64,000 nucleotides of DNA from Paragordius varius (lineage: Eukaryota; Animalia; Nematomorpha), in contig OZ176053.1 in NCBI GenBank assembly GCA_964247055.1, positions 13,950,001 through 14,014,000 of the forward strand, given 5' to 3'. The first letter of the stretch is position 1. Every line of letters begins with the position of its first letter. The notes below the pieces were generated by a model. That model saw only the letters and a list, made by a program, of their open reading frames with translations. It had not been told where the DNA came from and ran no database searches. Shown in pieces: positions 57,601 through 64,000 of the stretch. The translations under genes and the position numbers were made by a program.

Positions 57601-59590
57601 TTTTAAATATTTAAAAAATTCAAAAAATTACATTTATACTCCGATCTCGAAAATATTTGGGGTGATGATGGAATTACCATAGGGCTACCCAAAAAAAATT
57701 ATGGCGACATCACGTGATCAAATCTGGATTTTAGGTAGCCATTTTTATTTTTAAAATCGTATAAAATAAATTTTTTAAATATTTAAAAAATTCATAAAAA
57801 TTACATTTATACTCCGATCTCGAAAATATTTGGGGTGATGATGGAACTACCATAGGCTACCCAAAAAAATTATGGTGACATCACCTGATCAAATTTGGAT
57901 TTTAGGTAGCCATTTTTATTTTTAAAATCGTATAAAATAAACTTTTTAAATATTTAAAAAATTCATAAAAATTATATTTATACTCCGATCTCGAAAATAT
58001 TTGGGGTGATGATGGAACTACCATAGAGCTACCCAAAAAAAATTATGGTGACATAACCTGATCAAATTTGGATTTTAGGTAGCCATTTTTATTTTTAAAA
58101 TCGTATAAAATAAATTTCTTAAATATTTAAAAAATTCAAAAATTACATTTATACTCCGATCTCGACAATATTTGGGGTGATGATGGAACTACCATAGGGC
58201 TACCCAAAAAAAATTATGGCGACATCACCTGATCAAATTTGGATTTTAGTTAGCCATTTTTATTTTTAAAATCGTATAAAATAAATTTTTTAAATATTTA
58301 AAAAATTCAAAAATCTACATTTATACTCCGATCTCGACAATATTTGGGGTGATGATGGAATTACCATAGGGCTACCCAAAAAAAATTATGGTGACATCAC
58401 CTGATCAAATCTGGATTTTAGGTAGCCATTTTTATTTTTAAAATCGTATAAAATAAACTTTTTAAATATTTAAAAAATTCATAAAAATTATATTTATACT
58501 CCGATCTCGAAAATATTTGGGGTGATGATGGAACTACCATAGAGCTACCCAAAAAAAATTATGGTGACATAACCTGATCAAATTTGGATTTTAGGTAGCC
58601 ATTTTTATTTTTAAAATCGTATAAAATAAATTTTTTAAATATTTAAAAACTTCATAAAAATTACATTTATACTCCGATCTCGAAAATATTTGGGGTGATG
58701 ATGGAACTACCATAGGGCTACCCAAAAAAAATTATGGTGACATCACCTGATCAAATTTGGATTTTAGTTAGCCATTTTTATTTTTAAAATCGTATAAAAT
58801 AAATTTTTTAAATATTTAAAAAATTCATAAAAATTACATTTATACTCCGATCTCGAAAATATTTGGGGTGATGATGGAACTATCATAGGGCTACCCAAAA
58901 AAATTATAGTGACATCACCTGCTCAAATTTGGATTTTAGGTAGCCATTTTTATTTTTAAAATCGTATAAAATAAATTTTTTAAATATTTAAAAAATTCAT
59001 AAAAATTATATTTATACTCCGATCTCGACAATATTTGGGGTGATGATGGAATTACCATAGGGCTACCCAAAAAAAATTATGGTGACATCACCTGATCAAA
59101 TCTGGATTTTAGGTAGCCATTTTTATTTTTAAAATCGTATAAAATAAATTTTTTAAATATTTAAAAAATTCAAAAAATTACATTTATACTCCGATCTCGA
59201 AAATATTTGGGGTGATGATGGAATTACCATAGGGCTACCCAAAAAAAATTATGGCGACATCACCTGATCAAATCTGGATTTTAGGTAGCCATTTTTATTT
59301 TTAAAATCGTATAAAATAAATTTTTTAAATATTTAAAAAATTCATAAAAATTACATTTATACTCCGATCTCGAAAATATTTGGGGTGATGATGGAACTAC
59401 CATAGGCTACCCAAAAAAATTATGGTGACATCACCTGATCAAATTTGGATTTTAGGTAGCCATTTTTATTTTTAAAATCGTATAAAATAAACTTTTTAAA
59501 GATTTAAAAAATTCATAAAAATTACATTTATACTCCGATCTCGACAATATTTGGGGTGATGATGGAACTACCATAGGGCTACCCAAAAAA
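54691..59590 (+). repeat. Satellite domain C (second block), beginning with a local 5-monomer duplication (860-bp period)
   Basis: ACAGTTATACTCCCATC occurs at 54701 and 55561, and CTACTCAAAA appears in both units. From 55457 the monomer order follows 29290 onward (GACATCTCCT at 57361 vs 31191; CACGTGATCA at 57711 vs 31541). Confidence 0.85.
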
Positions 59591-62500
59591 ATTATAATGA
59601 CATCACCTGATCAAATTTGGATTTTAAGTAGCCATTTTTATTTTTAATATCGTATAAAATAAATTTTTTAAATATTTAAAAAATTCATAAAATTTATACT
59701 CCGATCTCGACAATATTTGGGGTGATGATGGAACTACCATAGGGCTACCCAAAAAAATTATAATGACATCACCTGATCAAATTTGGATTTTAGGTAGCCA
59801 TTTTTATTTTTAAAATCGTATAAAATAAATTTTTTAAATATTTAAAAAATTCATAAAAATTACATTTATACTCCGATCTCGAAAATATTTGGGGTGATGA
59901 TGGAACTACCATAGGGCTACCCAAAAAAAATTATGGTGACATCACCTGATCAAATTTGGATTTTAGGTAGCCATTTTTATTTTTAAAATCGTATAAAATA
60001 AATTTTTTAAATAATTAAAAAATTCATAAATATTACATTTATAGTCCGATCCCAAAGTATTTGGGGTGATGATGGAACTACCATAGGGCTACCCAAAAAA
60101 ATTATAGTGACATCACCTGATCAAATTCGGATTTTAGGTAGCCATTTTTATTTTTAAAATCGTCTAAAATAAATTTTTTAAATATTTAAAAAATTCATAA
60201 AAATTACATTTATACTCCGATCTCGAAAATATTTGGGGTGATGATGGAACTACCATAGGGCTACCCAAAAAAATTATAATGACATCACCTGATCAAATTT
60301 GGATTTTAGGTAGCCATTTTTATTTTTAAAATCGTATAAAATAAATTTTTTAAATATTTAAAAAATTCATAAAAATTACATTTATACTCCGATCTCGAAA
60401 ATATTTGGGGTGATGATGGAACTACCATAGGGCTACCCAAAAAAATTATAATGACATCACCTGATCAAATTTGGATTTTAGGTAGCCATTTTTATTTTTA
60501 AAATCGTATAAAATAAATTTTTTAAATATTTAAAAAATTCATAAAAATTACATTTATACTCCGATCTCGAAAATATTTGGGGTGATGATGGAACTACCAT
60601 AGGGCTACCCAAAAAAAATTATGGTGACATCACCTGATCAAATTTGGATTTTAGGTAGCCATTTTTATTTTTAAAATCGTATAAAATAAATTTTTTAAAT
60701 ATTTAAAAAATTCATAAAAATTACATTTATACTCCGATCTCGAAAATATTTGGGGTGATGATGGAACTACCATAGGGCTACCCAAAAAAATTATGGTGAC
60801 ATCACCTGATCAAATTGGGATTTTAGTTAGCCATTTTTATTTTTAAAATCGTATAAAATAAATTTCTTAAATATTTAAAAAATTCATAAAAATTACATTT
60901 ATACTCCGATCTCGAAAATATTTGGGGTGATGATGGAACTACCATAGGGCTACCCAAAAAAAATTATGGTGACATCACCTGATCAAATTTGGATTTTAGG
61001 TAGCCATTTTTATTTTTAAAATCGTATAAAATAAATTTTTTAAATATTTAAAAAATTCATAAATATTACATTTATAGTCCGATCCCAAAGTATGGTGATG
61101 ATGGAACTACCATAGGGCTACCCAAAAAAAATTATGGTGACATAACCTGATCAAATTTGGATTTTAGGTAGCCATTTTTATTTTTAAAATCGTATAAAAT
61201 AAATTTTTTAAATATTTAAAAAATTCAAAAAAATTACATTTATACTCCGATCTCGACAATATTTGGGGTGATGATGGAATTACCATAAGGCTACCCAAAA
61301 AAAATTATGGTGACATCACCTGATCAAATTTGGATTTTAGGTAGCCATTTTTATTTTTAAAATCGTATAAAATAAATTTTTTAAATATTTAAAAAATTCA
61401 TAAAAATTACATTTATACTCCGATCTCGAAAATATCTTAGGTGATGATGGAACTACCATAGGGCTACCCAAAAAAAATTATGGCGACATCACCTGATGAA
61501 ATTTGGATTTTAGGTAGCCATTTTTATTTTTAAAATCGTATAAAATAAATTTTTTAAATAATTAAAAAATTCATAAATATTACATTTATAGTCCGATCCC
61601 AAAGTATTTGGGGTGATGATCGAACTACCATAGGGCTACCCAAAAAAATTATAGTGACATCACCTGATCAAATTCGGATTTTAGGTAGCCATTTTTATTT
61701 TTAAAATCGTCTAAAATAAATTTTTTAAATATTTAAAAAATTCATAAAAATTACATTTATACTCCGATCTCGAAAATATTTGGGGTGATGATGGAACTAC
61801 CATAGGGCTACCCAAAAAAAATTATGGTGACATCACCTGATCAAATTTGGATTTTAGGTAGCCATTTTTATTTTTAAAATCGTATAAAATAAATTTTTTA
61901 AATAATTAAAAAATTCATAAATATTACATTTATAGTCCGATCCCAAAGTATTTGGGGTGATGATGGAACTACCATAGGGCTACCCAAAAAAATTATAGTG
62001 ACATCACCTGATCAAATTCGGATTTTAGGTAGCCATTTTTATTTTTAAAATCGTCTAAAATAAATTTTTTAAATATTTAAAAAATTCATAAAAATTACAT
62101 TTATACTCCGATCTCGAAAATATTTGGGGTGATGATGGAACTACCATAGGGCTACCCAAAAAAATTATAATGACATCACCTGATCAAATTTGGATTTTAG
62201 GTAGCCATTTTTATTTTTAAAATCGTATAAAATAAATTTTTTAAATATTAAAAAATTCATAAAAATTACATTTATACTCCGATCTCGAAAATATTTGGGG
62301 TGATGATGGAACTATCATAGGGCTACCCAAAAAAATTATAGTGACATCACCTGCTCAAATTTGGATTTTAGGTAGCCATTTTTATTTTTAATATCGTATA
62401 AAATAAATTTTTTAAATATTTAAAAAATTCATAAAAATTACATTTATACTCCGATCTCGAAAATATTTGGGGTGATGATGGAACTACCATAGGGCTACCC

Positions 62501-64000
62501 AAAAAAATTATAATGACATCACCTGATCAAATTTGGATTTTAGGTAGCCATTTTTATTTTTAAAATCGTATAAAATAAATTTTTTAAATATTTAAAAAAT
62601 TCATAAAAATTACATTTATACTCCGATCTCGACAATATTTGGGGTGATGATGGAACTACCATAGGGCTACCCAAAAAAATTATAATGACATCACCTGATC
62701 AAATTTGGATTTTAAGTAGCCATTTTTATTTTTAATATCGTATAAAATAAATTTTTTAAATATTTAAAAAATTCATAAAATTTATACTCCGATCTCGACA
62801 ATATTTGGGGTGATGATGGAACTACCATAGGGCTACCCAAAAAAATTATAATGACATCACCTGATCAAATTTGGATTTTAGGTAGCCATTTTTATTTTTA
62901 AAATCGTATAAAATAAATTTTTTAAATATTTAAAAAATTCATAAAAATTACATTTATACTCCGATCTCGAAAATATTTGGGGTGATGATGGAACTACCAT
63001 AGGGCTACCCAAAAAAATTATAATGACATCACCTGATCAAATTTGGATTTTAGGTAGCCATTTTTATTTTTAAAATCGTATAAAATAAATTTTTTAAATA
63101 TTTAAAAAATTCATAAAAATTACATTTATACTCCGATCTCGAAAATATTTGGGGTGATGATGGAACTACCATAGGGCTACCCAAAAAAAATTATGGTGAC
63201 ATCACCTGATCAAATTTGGATTTTAGGTAGCCATTTTTATTTTTAAAATCGTATAAAATAAATTTTTTAAATATTTAAAAAATTCATAAAAATTACATTT
63301 ATACTCCGATCTCGAAAATATTTGGGGTGATGATGGAACTACCATAGGGCTACCCAAAAAAATTATGGTGACATCACCTGATCAAATTGGGATTTTAGTT
63401 AGCCATTTTTATTTTTAAAATCGTATAAAATAAATTTCTTAAATATTTAAAAAATTCATAAAAATTACATTTATACTCCGATCTCGAAAATATTTGGGGT
63501 GATGATGGAACTACCATAGGGCTACCCAAAAAAAATTATGGTGACATCACCTGATCAAATTTGGATTTTAGGTAGCCATTTTTATTTTTAAAATCGTATA
63601 AAATAAATTTTTTAAATATTTAAAAAATTCATAAATATTACATTTATACTCCGATCTCGAAAATATTTGGGGTGATGATGGAACTACCATAGGGCTACCC
63701 AAAAAAATTATAATGACATCACCTGATCAAATTTGGATTTTAGGTAGCCATTTTTATTTTTAAAATCGTATAAAATAAATTTTTTAAATATTAAAAAATT
63801 CATAAAAATTACATTTATACTCCGATCTCGAAAATATTTGGGGTGATGATGGAACTATCATAGGGCTACCCAAAAAAATTATAGTGACATCACCTGATCA
63901 AATTTGGATTTTAGGTAGCCATTTTTATTTTTAAAATCGTATAAAATAAATTTTTTAAATATTTAAAAAATTCATAAAAATTACATTTATACTCCGATCT
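59591..64000 (+). repeat. Satellite domain B (third block), including a complete 18-monomer HOR unit at 59591-62678 (3,088 bp)
   Basis: The 6-bp deletion marker AATTTATACT occurs at 59691 and 62779, 18 monomers apart. A truncated unit follows to the window end. Confidence 0.88.

Larger units (their letters stand above)
1..64000 (+). repeat. Tandem satellite DNA array, 172/173-bp AT-rich monomer, ~371 full copies, head-to-tail, running off both window ends
   Basis: The consensus ATTATGGTGACATCACCTGATCAAATTTGGATTTTAGGTAGCCATTTTTATTTTTAAAATCGTATAAAATAAATTTTTTAAATATTTAAAAAATTCATAAAAATTACATTTATACTCCGATCTCGAAAATATTTGGGGTGATGATGGAACTACCATAGGGCTACCCAAAAAA(A) recurs without a break. Monomers start at 1, 173, 345, 518, 691 and so on, with the last, partial one at 63878. 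Variants differ by a few substitutions and indels of 6 bp or less. Confidence 0.99.

Noticed and set aside
1-64000. CRISPR array
   Set aside because: There are no unique spacers; the entire 172-bp unit repeats, and no cas genes are present.
1-64000. Fungal RIP-type (CpA to TpA) mutagenesis
   Set aside because: Many top-strand C-to-T variants are in CpA context, but G-to-A variants occur as often outside TpG (AAGTAG, GAGG, GGGATG, AGAGC, AGGAC). General C:G-to-T:A bias explains the pattern, and the array is far too homogeneous for heavy RIP.

Overview
The whole 64 kb window is one uninterrupted, head-to-tail tandem array of an AT-rich (~26% GC) satellite with a 172/173-bp monomer. I count about 371 complete monomers plus a partial one, all in the same orientation. 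I found no genes, RNA genes, transposon insertions, CRISPR spacers or unique sequence. The information lies in the pattern of monomer variants. Three variant subfamilies form domains in the order A-B-C-B-A-C-B. These contain nested higher-order repeats (HORs) of 3, 5, 6, 9/11, 10 and 18 monomers. There are also dispersed multi-kb block duplications, the largest ~10.1 kb at an offset of 44.4 kb and nearly identical. Each monomer has a perfect 24-bp AT palindrome at the centre of a larger degenerate fold-back. Some variants look like quasi-palindrome correction or CpG deamination. The array resembles eukaryotic centromeric or pericentromeric heterochromatin, but I cannot identify the species or family, and centromere function is unproven. 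All counts and alignments were done by eye.
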